Origin: Hemiscyllium ocellatum
Lineage: Eukaryota
NCBI RefSeq assembly: GCF_020745735.1
Contig: NC_083409.1
Coordinates: forward strand, 25,502,048 to 25,566,047
DNA length: 64,000 bases
Direction: 5' to 3'
A program made the position numbers and the translations under genes. The notes under the pieces were generated by a model. The model was given only the letters and a program-made list of their open reading frames with translations. It was not told where the DNA came from and made no database searches. Within the stretch, counting starts at the first letter, position 1, and every line of letters starts with the position of its first letter. Shown here piece after piece: positions 1 to 13,310 of this stretch.

Positions 1-406
1 ACTCGGTGAAAGATGCTCTTCAGTCTGCCCAAACCTTGTTGGTCTTCCAGAGCAAGGAGTTGACCCAGACTGAGTGTTGCAGACTGGCACCTTCCAGGAT
101 CCAGGACTACGTGCTGAAGCTTGGGGCAGCTGCCACCAAGGCGCAGTGGGGGAAGACCACTGTCTGAGGTCTTCCTGCTGAAGGTAACTGGGAGTCTGTT
201 CATTTATCGGACCCTCCTAGTGTGTCAAATATATGTAGATATTAGTATTGTATGTATAAGGTGTTCTTTAGTTTTGTTGATCGTCAAATTCCAAGATTTT
301 GTGTGTTTAGTTGATATGCACCTGTGCAGAACCGAACTGCTTTTGTGTCAATGTATATATGCAAAGAGATTTTTTTTATGCATAAAGTGTATTTTTGAAA
401 TTAAAA
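1..406 (+). mobile_element. 3' end of a Tx1-like (L1 clade) LINE: ORF2 C-terminus plus 3' UTR
   Basis: Frame from nt 3 reads SVKDALQSAQTLLVFQSKELTQTECCRLAPSRIQDYVLKLGAAATKAQWGKTTV* (stop 165-167), resembling Tx1-type ORF2 ends. It is followed by a T-rich UTR ending cataaagtgtatttttgaaattaaaa. Confidence 0.7.
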
Positions 407-429
407 CAAGGTGGCACTCCCCTTATTCT

Positions 430-780
430 CGGCAAATCTTTTGTTATTCCTTTGGTCGTGCATCAGCCACTCTCTTCTGATCTTTGGGCATCAAATGAGA
501 AGGCAGAGGGAAAGGGCATATCAGAGAACTTCCTTGTGGGCCTGTTCCTGGGCCTGGCTAAAGTAGACATGTTCCCTGACTGCCCTCCTGCCTTTTTGAA
601 GCTACTGCCAGACTCAGGTGTCCTTGGGGAGGGAGCATTGGTATCCATGGAGCCTTTCGACATAGGTGGACACCGCCTGGGCTGGGGTCTGGTAATTTCC
701 CTCTCTTGATGTTTGATTTAGTTTCTATTGTTCTTTGTTCCTCTGCTATTTAATTAACATTACATTGCCCCAAAAAGTCA
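430..780 (+). mobile_element. degenerate fragment of a second Tx1-like LINE ORF2 C-terminal region
   Basis: Frameshifted peptides LLIFGHQ and ENFLVGLFLGLAK resemble the Tx1 ORF2 C-terminal region, followed by a T-rich UTR. Confidence 0.45.
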
Positions 781-1642
781 GCTTTTGTCTTTGCCTTATT
801 TAGATCATTAAAAAAATGCTGAATTCTTAAAAAAAAAGAAGGGCTGAGTTCTTCCCCAGCTGAGCTGGCGTCTGGAAAGGGCAAGGATTCAGAAGGGAAA
901 TGTGGAAACTGTGTTTGTGATAAACTACAGATTTACAATGAAAGCTCTCCAACTCTGAAAGTTTTTTTGCTGCTAGTTTAACAGATGGACATTTGTGTTC
1001 GAAACACTCAGTTCCAACATTTGTCCAATTATATCTTTTTTTTGTTGGTTGTTGAAAGTTGTGTACGTTCTGGGATGTGACATCTGGGAATAATCTTCAT
1101 CCACCAGGCTGACAACTGGGGTTTCAGGAATGGATGAAAGAAATTCCAGTTGCAACAGCTCTCAGTGGGAGAGGGGAGGGGGTATGGTATGTGGAGGGTT
1201 GGATGGCAGCAGGTCAGGAGGGTGCAGGGTCTTGTGCCACCACCATCTGGTAGATGCTCTACAGGAGAGGCTGTGGGTGCCAGGGAAAGGGAGCACTCTA
1301 AAGTCTAGTCCCTGTCCTTGCCCACAGAGGTGGCAGGTCACCAGGTCTGCCCTCGGCCATTTGTGCCTGATGTATATGAAGCTGGTACCCAGTGAGTTGT
1401 CTGAGCTGAATTACTCCACCTGACAATTACCAGTGGCTGAGATCCATGAGGGAGCAACTGCATCCCACCCAGTGACACCCTGTGCCTGGAGACCTGACAT
1501 GGCTGAGGTAGCAGTCACAGGGCACAAAGAGAATGCCCAAAACAGGGGGAAAAGCCTTCTCCGCAACGCTCTGCACCTCATGCCAACATTGCCCAGACAG
1601 GACTGGGAACAAAATTCGAAATGGACAGCAGAGCCAATAGGA

Positions 1643-2545
1643 CGAAGTGAGGACTGCAGGTGGTGGAGAGTCAAAGGCTTCAGCACCTGGAAAAGCACAG
1701 CAGGTCAGGCAGCATCCGAGGAGCAGGGGAGTTGATGTTTTGGGCCCACGCTCCTCATCAGGAATGTGGAGGGGGAAAGGGGGCTGAGAGATAAATAGGG
1801 GGTGGGGGTGGGGCTGGGGCAAAGGTAGCTGGGATGATGATGGGTGGATGCGAGTGGGAGGTAATTGTGATAGATGGGTGGGGGGGGTGCAGCAGATAGG
1901 TGAGGAGGAAGATGGACAGGTAGGACAGGTCAAGAGGGCAGTGCCGAGTTGGAGGGTTGGATCTGGGATGAAGTGGGGGGGGGAGGGAGATTTTGAAACT
2001 GAAGTCGATGTTGATGCTGTGTGGTTGTAAGGTCCTGAGGCGGAATATGAGGCATTCTTCCGCCAATCGGTGGCTGGCTTTGATTTGGTGGTGGAAGAGG
2101 CCTAGGATTTGCATGTCTTTGGGAGAGTGAAGAGTTCAAGGAACATACCTCTGGTTCTGCACACACCATGCTACTCCACCATCTTAAGGCCAACCAACCC
2201 CTCCCCCATGGCATCAACATTGACTTCACCAGTTTCCAAGTCTCCCCTCCCCAGCTCATCCCAGATCCAACCCTCCAACTCGTCGGACAGGTCAAGAGGG
2301 CAGTGCCAAGTTCATCTTCCTTCCGACCTATCCGCTCCACCCTCCTCACCCACCTATCACAATTACCTCCCACCCGCATCTGTCTATCACTATCCTACCT
2401 ACCTTCCACACTAGCCCCACACCTCATTTATCTCTCAACACCCCCTCCCCGACATTCCTGAAGGACTTATGCTTGAAATGTCAACTCTCCTGCTCCTCAG
2501 ATGCTGCCTGATCTGCTGTGTTTTTCCAGTACTGCACTTTTTGAC
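1643..2545. mobile_element. Penelope-like (Neptune-type) inverted pair of 3' ends
   Basis: Minus arm about 1643-2115 encodes the GIY-YIG C-terminus (LAEECLIFRLRTLQPHSINIDF). Plus arm about 2165-2545 has the same region (QPLPHGINIDFTSF) and the family terminus gatgctgcctgatctgctgtgtttttccag. Confidence 0.75.
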
Positions 2546-2622
2546 ATAGAAAATAGGGGCGGGAGCAAACCATTTAGCCCATTGAGTGCACTCTGCCATT
2601 CAAATAGGTCGTGGCTCATCTT

Positions 2623-3296
2623 AGAGTCATAGAGATGCACACCACGGAAATAGACCCTTTGGTTCAACTCGTTCATGCTGACCAGGTATCCTAACCTAAC
2701 CTCCTTCCACTTATCGCATTTCCAACGCCCCTCTCCCAAGTCCCTCCACCCGACCTTTTACCTCAGCCCGCTTGGCACATTTCCCTCATTCCTGAAGAAG
2801 GGCTCATGCCCGAAACGTCGATTCTCCTGCTCCTTGGATGCTGCCTGACCTGCTGCGCTTTTCCAGCAACACATTTTCAGCTCCGATCTCCAGCATCTGC
2901 AGTCCTCACTTTCTCCCATATCCCTCTAAACCCTCTGTTTATCCCTCTGTTCATATACCCATCCAAATGCCTTTTAAATGTTGCAATTGTACCAGCCTCC
3001 ACCACTTCCTCTGGCATCTTATTTCATACACACACCCTCTGTGTGAAAAAGTTGCCTATTAGGTCCCTTTTAAACCTTTCCCCTCTCACACTAAACCTTT
3101 GCCCTGTGGTTCCGGACTGGCCCACCCCAGGAAAGATATTTTGTCTATTTATCCTATCCATGCCCCTCACGCTTTTGTAAACCTCTGTAAGGTCACCCCT
3201 CAGTCTTCGACGCTCCCGGGAAAACAGCCCCAGCCTGTTCAGCCTCTCCCTCTGGCTCAAACCCTCTAACCCCGGCAACATCCTTGTGAATCTTCT
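2623..3296 (-). mobile_element. CR1 LINE 3' fragment interrupted by a PLE terminus
   Basis: Minus ORF contains RRFTRMLPGLEGLSQRERLNRLGLFSRERRRLRGDL...FFTQRV, the CR1 ORF2 C-terminus. Confidence 0.85.
2695..2916 (+). mobile_element. PLE 3' terminal (pseudo-LTR) fragment with hammerhead motif
   Basis: attc-CTGAAGA-a-gggctcatgccc-GAAAC-GTC at 2788-2819, then the family terminus ending cagtcctcactttctcc. Confidence 0.8.
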
Positions 3297-3306
3297 ATTG
3301 ATGGTA

Positions 3307-3462
3307 ATTAAATGGATGGGTAGAGTGTGTGATGGGGAGAGTGCAGATTGGGTGGGGAGGGGGATTAAATGGGTTGATAGAGTGTGTGATGGGGAGAGTG
3401 TAGATGGGGTGGGGAGGGGGATTAGATGGGTAGGTAGTGTCTGTGATAGTGTACATGGGGTG
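3307..3462. repeat. 57-bp tandem repeat, about 2.7 copies
   Basis: atta(a/g)atgg recurs at 3307, 3364 and 3421, with shared gagtgtgtgatggggagagtg in the first two copies. Confidence 0.8.
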
Positions 3463-5347
3463 AAAAAGCAGGACAGTTTTGTTGCTTCCTTATTCCAGGG
3501 GATTTTTGTCTGTAGTGCCAATCTGACTCAAGATGTTTGTGACAGCTGTTCTCCTAAACAGCAAAGAGTCATGCACGATATTTGGAGAATCCCTATGACC
3601 ATCAGTAATGACTGTTTTCATGTACCCAAACTTACAAAAAAAATGTTTCTACAAACATTGCTGGTCTTGATGTGATGGAATTATTGTAGCATTGAAATCC
3701 TTCTGTTCATGCGCAGTTCACTTTGGATAAAGCAGCAAAGCACATTCTCTCTTGGGTCACAAATATACCTTAATTGCTCAGTTCTGATTTGTGCGACAGT
3801 GTATTGTATTGATCCCATACCCATTTACTTTCCCACTCTCTCTACAAGGTGCCTGTGACCGACCATCTAACAATCTGGGTACTACCGTCAATATTAGGTA
3901 ACCATTTCTGTGATACAGTGACATATATTGTAAACTGCTGTTAATCACTCTCCACCTCAACAGGATATGATGCCTCACTCCTGTGACTTGTTCAGCAGGC
4001 TGTGGGAGCCAGTCTTGGATATCAGATGTAATTTACATGATACAACAAAGCATATATATTCTTTCCAGTGAATATTATGTTTTAATTCTTATCTAAAACA
4101 AAGAACCCACACTACTTTTATCCCAAAATTTACTTTATTCATAGCATTTATGAAAATATATTTTAAAATAACTCAACTTGAATATTTCAATGTTTGCAGG
4201 AAAATTAATCGTTTGTTCCATTTGACACAATTGTAATAGACATGATATTAACAAATTAATTCCACGTTGGGTATAGAACCCAACAATGTATGCATTTCAA
4301 ATTCTAGAAGATGAATATATAAGTTCTCTATACAATTTATTTCACTCATTAAATTTCCTTTCCTCCTGATTCATTATGTATGTTCCCAGTATGGCGCACA
4401 GCCCAACAGGTTCCACAGTTCATGCCCCTCAGGGAATTACAGCCTGAGACAGCAATCTTTTCCCCTGAGAACCCAATTATTACTTCACCAAACTCTTCTG
4501 CGTGATTACTTTATTCTATAAAGAAGAATGTACCAACCGTGCTCCTGACCTTGCACTGACTGCATTATGTGACCGGGGGGTTGGATTTAATGGTGGAGTA
4601 GAATGGTGAGTATCTCTGCACCTTGCCTTGCAAGAATCACCTGGCAATTAGCAACCTAAGAAAGCTGCCCCCCACCCCACAGCCTGTTACAGGGGTAAGC
4701 ATGCCAAGGAGTAGGCTCTGCCTCTCAATGGACAGGACGCTCCACCTTCCAGGCCAATTGAGAGTTCTCAGCAGTACCGGAACAGGTTGGTGGACACAAA
4801 GAACCCAAATGGATTCCAAAGCCAGGGCATTCTCTTGCTTTCAGGGAGGGATAGTCAGCTCCCATATATTATTTCCCTCCCAACACCCGACCTGGCAAAA
4901 ACTAGCTCAATTGGTAAAGGGCAGGTCGTACAATGTATGATCTACACACTATGTAATGTAATGCTCCCCAGTGTCTCTGGATTAATAATCTAGTAATATT
5001 ACCAAGATGTTCAGGTTAGGTGAATTGTCCCTGCTAAATTGCCCATAGAGTTCAGGAATGTGTAGGTTAGATGCATTAGTCAGGGGAAATGTAGAGTAAC
5101 ACGGGAATGGATGGGTCAGCATGGACTTGTTGGGCCAAATGGCCTGTTTCCACACTGTAGAGATTCTATGATAACTGTGCCTATGAAAAGACCAAATAAC
5201 ATTACTTTGTGTGTTAAACTCATTTCCCATGCATTTTCTCTGATTATACAATGGAACCATGTATGTGCTACCTGTGATGTGATGTAATCAGGGATACTCT
5301 CCTAACTGTGGCAAGTGACCATACACACAATGCAAAGTACCCATGTT

Positions 5348-5574
5348 AGCTGAAAATGTGTTGCTGGAAAAGCGCAGCAGGTCAGGCAACATCCAAGGAG
5401 CAGGAGAATCGATGTTTCGGGCATGAGCCTTTCTTCAGGAATGATTCCTGAAGAAGGGCTCATGCCCGAAATGTCGATTCTCTTGCTCCTTGGATGCTGC
5501 CTGACCTGCTGCGCTTTTCCAGCAACACATTTTCAGCTCTGATCTCCGGGATCTGCAGTCCTCACTTTCTCCTA
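5348..5574. mobile_element. miniature palindromic PLE insertion
   Basis: Near-perfect inverted repeat centred on aggaat-g-attcct, with 14-bp TSD aaagtacccatgtt (5334-5347 / 5575-5588) and a 36-nt tail on the right arm only. Confidence 0.9.
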
Positions 5575-5974
5575 AAAGTACCCATGTTATTCAATGAAAC
5601 TGTGTAAGATCTGCTACTTATATTAAGGCAGCATTTAGGCAAGTTCAGCATTAAGGAGCCTGAACAAAACTGCAGTCAATGCGTATCGGTAAGGGGGCGG
5701 TATCTGCTCCACTGATTGGAGTATATTAGCACAAAGGAGGGAGGCTGTGGTTCTTGGATGCCAATCTGCCTCAGGATATGCCCCATAACATTCAAGGCTA
5801 TGAGCTCAGTGCAGGAAAGTGGGAGGAGTATAGGTGGTACTCCATTTTTTGGTGGTACAGACTTGATGAGCCAAAGGGCCTCTTCTGAACTGCATGATTC
5901 TATGACATCACTGCTGGGCTCCTCTGGTATGTGTCTATATTAGCCATTATTAACAAACGCCTTACAAGCTACTG

Positions 5975-6555
5975 AGACTTTATAAAGCTCTGGTTAGGAC
6001 CCATTTGGAGTACTGTGTCCAGTTTTGGTCCCCACACCTCAGGAAGGACATATCGGCACTGGAACGTGTCCAGCGGAGATTCACACAGATGATCCCTGGA
6101 ATGGTTGGTCTAACATATGAGGAACGGCTGAGGATCCTGGGATTGTATTCGTTGGAGTTTAGAAGATTAAGGGGAGACTTAATAGAAACTTACAAGATAA
6201 TACATGGCTTGGAAAGGGTGGACTCTAGGAAATTGTTTCCGTTAGGCGAGGAGACTAGGACCCGTGGACACAGCCTTAAAATTAGAGGGGGTCAATTCAG
6301 AACAGAAATGCAGAGACATTTCTTCAGCCAGAGAGTGGTGGGCTTGTGGAATTCATTGCCGCAGAGTGCAGTGGAGGTCGGGACGCTAAATACCTTCAAG
6401 GCAGAGATTGATAGATTCTTGATGTCACAAGGAATTAAGGGCTACGGGGAGAATGCTGGTAAGTGGAGTTGAAATACCCATCAGCCATGATTGAATGGCG
6501 GAGTGGACTCGATGGGCCAAATGGCCTTATTTCCACTCCTACGTCTTATGGTCTT
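5975..6555 (+). mobile_element. CR1 LINE 3' end (5'-truncated)
   Basis: ORF 6005-6472 EYCVQFWSPHLRKDISALERVQRRFT...RGDLIETYK...FFSQRVV, followed by a CR1 3' UTR ending tcttatggtctt. Confidence 0.9.
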
Positions 6556-6759
6556 TAGCTTTCGGCCAAAATGGTGTGAATATTCATCGAATAAAAGGTA
6601 GTTATTGAAAGAACAGACGACCTTGCTAAGAACCAAAAACATCCATAACCTTTCTAAGAGTCTGACAGGCACGAAACTAATACTACCCAGAGGTTGCTGC
6701 AGCCAATCACACATGCTTGGAGCATGTGATAGAAAGCAGGTGAGGGCAACAAACATGGA

Positions 6760-7200
6760 GCAGGGTATTCATCTTTTGAAATTGCTAAAACTAATGTTGA
6801 GTCCTGAAGACTGCAGGATCCCTACCTGGAAAATTCTTCCAGCTTGTGTTGAGCTTCGCTGGAGCACTGCAGCAAGTCCGAGACAGAGATGTTGGCTGGG
6901 GAACATGGTGGTTTGTTGAAGCCACAAGCAACTGGGTGCTCGGGGTCATTTTTGAGGAGAGATCATAGACGTTCTACAAAACTGTAGCCTAGTCTGTATT
7001 TCGTCTCCCCGGTGTAGAGGAGATCTCGCTGTGAGCCGCGAATACGGTAGACTAGATTGAGTGAAGTGTAGATAAATTACTGCTTCACCTGGGAAGATGT
7101 GACTGGGACCTTCGGTATGGGGAGGGAGGATGCAAATGTTACACTACCTGTGATTGCATGGGAAGGTGCTGAGGGGGTGTGGGGAGGTATTGGGAGTAGA
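6760..7200 (-). mobile_element. old degenerate PLE (Neptune-type) GIY-YIG endonuclease fragment
   Basis: Minus strand reads NLVYRIRGSQRDLLYTGETKYRLG, a decayed VYxIxC...YIGET motif. Confidence 0.6.
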
Positions 7201-7659
7201 GTTGTCAGAGGCAGTGAGTGAAGTTGAGGTGAGATGGCAGAGAGTGTGAGGTTGGCAAGTGTAAGGTTTGATTTTAAAAGAAGTGGCAAAGGGACTGATT
7301 GGGGTAGGGGGTGGTGAGTGAGGTTAACCACTCAAACTTACAACTTACTCTGTTGAGTCATCTCTTCTGGCCAACTCACTCACTGTCACAAAGTCACCAC
7401 GGATCAGTCTCCCAAGGACGGCCCACAAGGGACAAAAGATGTCCATTTGGAGCTAAAACATTGAGGGAGGGTAATCTGCAGGCGGAGAGTGTCTCTACAG
7501 TTCAAGCATCACAAAAGATTTTTGCAGAACTGCAGAAACTGATGGGAACTAAATAAATATTTGCACATGTCCCAACTTTCTGTATAATGTGACTATTTAT
7601 ATTCCAGATAACATAATGCAACAAATTGTATTCCCACTCTGTAATGCAACCCTGTGTTT

Positions 7660-7925
7660 ATTCCTGAGGGTGATTCCAGTCTTGAGCGACTGTCAGTGCA
7701 GTATTTGCCCATTCTCCCCGTGACTGCGTGGGTTTCCTCCAGGTATCCTGGATTTCTCCCAAGTGTGTGCAGGTTAGGTGAATTGGCTATGCTAAATTGT
7801 CCATAGTGTCCAGGGATGTGTAGGCCAGGTGGATTAACCATAAGAAATACAGAGTGATGGAGCAGGGGTGGGATGCCCTTCGTGTGGACTCAATGGGCCG
7901 AATGGCCTGCTTCCATTCTGTAATA
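7660..7925 (+). mobile_element. degenerate HE1-like SINE
   Basis: V-SINE central domain (ttctccccgtgactgcgtgggtttcctcc...gtgcaggttaggtgaattggc) immediately upstream of an intact copy. Confidence 0.65.
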
Positions 7926-7927
7926 GT

Positions 7928-8236
7928 GGGGCGGCACGGTGGCACAGTGGTTAGCACTGCTGCCTCACAGCGCCAGAGATCCAGGTTCAACTCCCGCCTC
8001 AGGCAACTCACTGTGTGGAGTTTGCACATTCTCCCGTGTCTGCGTGGGTTTCCTCCTGGTGCTCCGATTTCCTCCCACAGTCCAAAAATGTGCAGGTTAG
8101 GTGAATTGCTAAATTACCCGTAGTGTTAGGTGAAGGGGTAAATGTAGGGGAATGGGTCTGGGTGGGTTGCACTTCGGCGGGTCGGTGTGGACTTGTTGGG
8201 CCGAAGGTCTTGTTTCCACACTGGAAGTAATCTAAT
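7928..8236 (+). mobile_element. HE1-type tRNA-derived V-SINE
   Basis: A box tggcacagtgg, B box ggttcaactcc, V-domain, and tail gtttccacactggaagtaatcta. Confidence 0.85.
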
Positions 8237-8780
8237 TGCGCTACTCATTCTAAAATGTAACAAAGGACACTGCTGTGGTGAAGTGGTAGTGTCCCTACCC
8301 CTGGACAGAGAAGCTTGGGTGCAGGTCTCACCTGTCCCAGAAGTGTAATAACATCCCTCAACAGGTCACTTAGAAAAATAGGTTAAATTAAAAAGAAGTT
8401 ACAAATTGTTTGTTTCTTGTGCTGCCTTGAGTATATAGGAAACCCTCAATCTCCTTGTTATCTTTTACTTCTGTTGCTGTGAGATTTTTTTTTCTAATTT
8501 CTGAAGTGAAAGCTTTTCATCAGCAAGGTTCCTTAAGCAATGAGCAGTTTCGTCTGCTTGAGGGGCAGTATGACAAGGCTGACATCTAGTGTCTCGTCTA
8601 GAGAATCCTTTCTGTGAACTGCCTCCTTGCTGTGGCGGGGAGACTTGACTGTTCCTGAGAGTGATTCTGTCAGGAGTTCTCAGTTCCTGTCAGGGTCACC
8701 AGTGATGGTAGGGTCAGAGGGGAGAAACAAGGAAAAGTGCAACCCTAAACAAGTCCAGAAAGTTGAGCGAGGCAGAAGAT

Positions 8781-8969
8781 AGCTGAAAATGTGTTGCTGG
8801 AAAAGCGCAGCAGGTCAGGCAGCATCCAAGGAACAGGAAATCCAACGTTTCGGGCATAAGCCCTTCATCAGGAATCCTGTTCCTTGGATGCTGCCTGACC
8901 TGCTGCGCTTTTCCAGCAACACATTTTCAGCTCAGATCTCCAGCATCTGCAGTCCTCACTTTCTCCTCA
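8781..8969. mobile_element. miniature palindromic PLE insertion
   Basis: Inverted arms with TSD aggcagaagat (8770-8780 / 8970-8980), an intact minus-strand hammerhead core (CTGATGA...GAAACGTT) and a 37-nt tail on the right arm. Confidence 0.9.
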
Positions 8970-9499
8970 AGGCAGAAGATACTCTTGTGACATAAACGGC
9001 TGCTGCTGTGGATGGAGGCTGCAGCAGGAGAGAGAGTTGTTGAGGTTCCCTTGCTACTGGAATTGGATCAACCTTCTGTCAAGTCCCGTGTGTCTGCAGC
9101 AATAGCATTCCCATGTTAAAAGATGCAAGGGAATGCAATCTCACAGAATCCTGGCTCGTTTTCCCTTTCAGCACACATTGAGCAGAATTTCATCAGGCCA
9201 GTGGGGGTTAGGGCAATTCAAGCTCTATTTAGGGTGATTTCCAGAACCTGCTGGTGTTTCCTCTTGTTTCCCCACCATCAGAGGGGCATGGGAAGGATAC
9301 CACTGAGGTCACCAGCAGTCCTCTCAAAGCAGCTTCCTCCCTTTCACAATGGCTGTCCTGTCAGCTGAGAGGAAATGTTTAGTTGTAAATTGCTAGGGCA
9401 CTCCTTCCTCAGCAGTGCCCACCTCTCCTGGTGTGAGTGCCAACCAGATCCTCTAATTGGACAATCTCCTTGAGAACCCACCTGCTATCCTTCGTTTTG

Positions 9500-9665
9500 G
9501 GGGCCGGTTAGCTCAGTTGGCAGGAGAGCTGGTTTAAAATGTGGAGTAATATTACTGGGGTGAGTTCAGTACCCATACAGGCCAAGATAACCTTCTCAAC
9601 CTCTCCCCTTGGCTGAGGTGTGGTAACCCACAGATTTACCCAGCACTACGTCTCTCTCATGAAAC
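9500..9665 (+). mobile_element. degenerate tRNA-derived SINE (non-HE1)
   Basis: A-box-like ggttagctcagttgg, decayed B box and a SINE-like body; family not identified. Confidence 0.35.
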
Positions 9666-9714
9666 AGCAGTGATCTCAAAATGTGATTACTCTTTTTTCT
9701 GCCCTTCACTGGGC

Positions 9715-10458
9715 CATAGTCATAGAGTAGTACAGCATAGGAACAGACCCGGTAGCCCAACTCATCCATACCGACCAAATATCCTAAATTAATCTCGTCC
9801 CATTTGCCAGCACTTGGCCCATATCTGTCTAAACCCTTCCTATTCATATGTCCATCCAGATGTCTTTTAAATGTCGCAATTGTATCAGCCTCCACCACTT
9901 CCTCTAGCAGCTCATTTCATACAGGCACTATAGCCTCTGTGTAAAAAGGTTGCTTCTTAGGTCCTGCTTATATCTTTCTCCTCTCACCATAAACCCATGC
10001 CCTCTCATTTTGGACTCCCCCCACCCTAGGAAAAAGATCTTGGCTATACACCATTTCCATAACCCTCATGCCTTTATAAACCTCTCAAAGGTCTCCCCTC
10101 AGCCTCAGACACTTGAGGGAAAATAGTTATTTAGCCGCCAGCCTATTCAGCCTCTCCCTACAACTCAAACCCTCCAACCCTGGCAACAGCCTTGTAACTC
10201 TTTTCTGAACCCTTTCAAATGTCCTATCATCCTACCTATACAGCAGGGAGACCAGAATTGAACGCAGTGTTCCAAAAGTGGCCTAAAGAATGTCTTGCAC
10301 AGCCGCAACATGATCTCGTAACTCCTATACTCAAAGCACTTACCAATAAAGGCAAGTGTACCAAACACCTCCTTCTCTATCCTATCTACCTGCAAATCCA
10401 CTTTCAAGGAATTATGAAGCTCCACTCCAAGGTCTCTTTGTTCAGTAACACTATCCAG
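9715..10458 (-). mobile_element. CR1 LINE 3' fragment
   Basis: Minus ORFs with RPLLEHCVQFWSP and TFKRHLDGHMNRKG. Confidence 0.85.
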
Positions 10459-12542
10459 GTACAGAGGCTAGGCCTGTTAATCACAGAATCAGTAATAGGC
10501 CTTCTCATAGGAGATTCTAGATTTGCTGCATCCCTGAACCAAGGGAAACCCTATTGTCTCTGAAGGAATAGCTTGGGAAATTGCATTTTCCACAGTACAA
10601 TTCCATGGAACTATTTACTAACCAACCAATTTACATGTTATCCTCTTGATCACATCCCTACATCTTATTCCAAATCATTCATGTACACCACAAACAGCAA
10701 GGACCCAGAACTGAGAACTGTAGAACCCCACTGGAAACAAACTTCCAACAATAGAAACATCTCTCCACCATCACCCATTGCCTCTTGGCCAATTTTGAAT
10801 AAAAGTGCATTGCATCCCATGGATCAGTTTGCCATATGGTACTTTATCAAAAGCCAGGTTGACCACTCTTTGGAACTAGAAATAAGCAGAAATTCATGTG
10901 AAAAGTGCATAACTTACTGACACTGTCAAAATCAACAATCCGAGTTCTAGAAGCACCTGAGAAAGGAAGTTGTCCAGATATCAAGGGAAACCTCTTGCTT
11001 TTAAAATCTTTGAAACAATATCTGGAATGCCTTTGAAAAAATCATTGCTTGCTGTGTTACTCTGTGTATTGACATACACCTGAGCACTTTGCTTAGCAAT
11101 TACAAATGTATGACTGATTTCACAATCATCCATTGTCACAGTCGGGCACCTACTATTTCAAAGTTTGATTGACCATTACAAGTGGTTATAAGACTCTTTG
11201 ATGTAGGTCTATGAATTCTAATACCTATTATTAGAAAGGATTGTGCTTTTGAATGAAACATTTGTCATGAAGCATTATTTCATTGTACAACGTAAAGGTA
11301 ATAAATGGTTTTTATGAATGAGAGCGTTTTGTTTTTACCAAAAGGTGAAGTCTGCAATAAATGTTTCAAACTTTATTGTGCAGAACTTTATTTTATCTAG
11401 TATATGCATAGATCCTGAGGTCTGCCATGATGGTTACTAGGTGAAGTAGCATGCTCAGCTTAAATCCAAAGGGTGATGGTACATGTAAGTTTGCATTGAA
11501 TTGGCAGGGGGCTGTAAAGAGCGATGAAAGAGGGTGGAGGGGGATGAGGAGTTGCAGGGTTGGGTGGAGGAGAAACTTTGGCATGTAGGAATATGTGAGG
11601 GACCATGGGAGTGGCTGGTTGGTGAAAATTAGGTAGCATGAGTGGGTGTGGAGGGGCACTGGGAATGATTGTGTGTGTGGCTGGGTGAGTGCTGCTGCCG
11701 AGGGCTCGAAGAATGTTTCACATTTTATTTGTTGATTTTAAATTTTGGACCCAGCCCCGGATTCCCTCCAGAAAGATGGGCTTTGCACCCGACAGCCTCC
11801 TCAGTCCGACCAGGATCACTCAGACCCTGAGTCCTGATCCAGCCTGTGCCCTCCCTTGGCAGGATGAAAATCTCACACCATGTTTGAATCTTGGAAGCTA
11901 GGAATTCTCATGTCTCTGCACACCCAAAGGGTGAGAGTGAAAAATGCTGGCCTGAATGTCTTCAAACGTTGACCTGACAACTGGCAGCTAGAAGAGGTAT
12001 CAACCCTCAAGCTCCACTAAGTCGAACCAGACACTTAGAGAACTGAATGCAATTGCAGATGTACCCGAATCATCTTACTCGGATTTCAAAATGAATTTTC
12101 TAACTGTTGAAGGAATGATTGGTGCTAGTGATCACTAAATGCACACTGTATATTTAATGCTGCAAATATAGTTGCTTTGGATAAACCTCACATTGGTTCT
12201 AAGTTGAAGGTTAACCAGCCAATGTTTAATCAGCTAGTCTGCAGAGTGGCATCCCAAACACAATATTACACCTTGAAGTTATAAAGATGATATCATGTTT
12301 CCGATTAACTTTAACATCGTCAATACTGCTTTAATGTAATTTCACGTAAAGTAATGCTACCTGAGGAGTCGGAAATTCATTATTCCCAGGGAGAAAATCA
12401 TTCCTGATTTACTAGAGTTTATTATTATTGTTACAGTCACTGAAACTGGTTTGGAGTCAGCTCAATAGTCCTGAGCTATACTTTGATATGGATACTATAC
12501 TTTGGATATGGATGCAGACGACACTGAGGGGAAAGTGTCTAT

Positions 12543-12860
12543 ATTAGATTAGATTACTTACAGTGTGGAAAAAGGCCCTTCGACCCAACAAATCCACACC
12601 GACCCGCCTAAGCGCAACCCACCAGACCCATTCCCCTACATTAGCCCTTCACCTAACACCACGGGCAATTTAGCACGGCCAATTCACCTAACCTGCATAT
12701 TTTTGGACTGTGGGAGGAAACCGGAGCACCCGGAGGAAACTCACGCAGACACGTGGAGAACATGCAAACTCCACACAATCAGTCGCCCGAGGTGGGAATT
12801 GAACCTGGGTCTCTGGCACTGTGAGGCAGCAGTGTTAACCACTGTACCATCGTGCCACCC
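12543..12860 (-). mobile_element. HE1-type V-SINE
   Basis: Reverse complement of the 7928-8236 element, with a (tctaa)n tail. Confidence 0.85.
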
Positions 12861-12904
12861 ATATGATTGACAGGACACCCGTACTACTACCTCTCCCTCC
12901 AAGG

Positions 12905-12986
12905 AGGTAATGAAAGAAATAGGGAAGACATAGAAAGACAGCTAGAGTCAAAGTGAGAGACAGGAAAAGGGAGACAGAAATAGATG

Positions 12987-13019
<33 letters not shown>

Positions 13020-13310
13020 AGATGCTGGGAGACAGAGACATTGCGAGTGAGGATGAAAGAAGGGGAGTGACACAGACAGAGGTGACACAGACAGAGATGA
13101 AGAGGGGAAGAAACAAAGCGAGGAAGTGAGAGAGAGTCAGAGTAAAAATGAAACAGAGATTGAAAGTGAGAGAATAAAAGAGAGAGAAAGAGATAGAGGG
13201 AGTCATTGAGAGAGAAAGTGATAAGGGGAGAGAGAAAATGAGTAAGAGAAAGGGGGTAAGGGAGACACAGAAAAATAGAGAGAGACAGGAGCAAGGAAAG
13301 AGATAGGACA
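12905..13310. repeat. GA-rich low-complexity tract with (GA)n
   Basis: Purine-rich run including gagagagagagagagagagaga near 12987-13008. Confidence 0.85.

Noticed and set aside
850-1640. Possible LINE or gene remnant
   Set aside because: No motif I could identify with confidence on either strand.
3286-3675. Possible exon after ttattccag (GIFVCSANLTQDVCDSC...)
   Set aside because: No recognisable homology and no good donor; the ORF begins in a tandem repeat.
5348-5574. DNA-transposon MITE interpretation of the hairpins
   Set aside because: The arms are the 3' terminus of RT/GIY-YIG PLEs (see 24106-24948), TSDs vary from 11 to 15 bp, and the ends are asymmetric.
7928-8005. tRNA gene
   Set aside because: The A and B boxes belong to SINE heads continuous with the V-domain and tail; not a stand-alone tRNA.
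8789-8995. Recurrent small ORFs MCCWKSAAGQAASKEQE / MLPDLLRFSSNTFS
   Set aside because: Incidental frames of the non-coding PLE terminus, repeated across the window.
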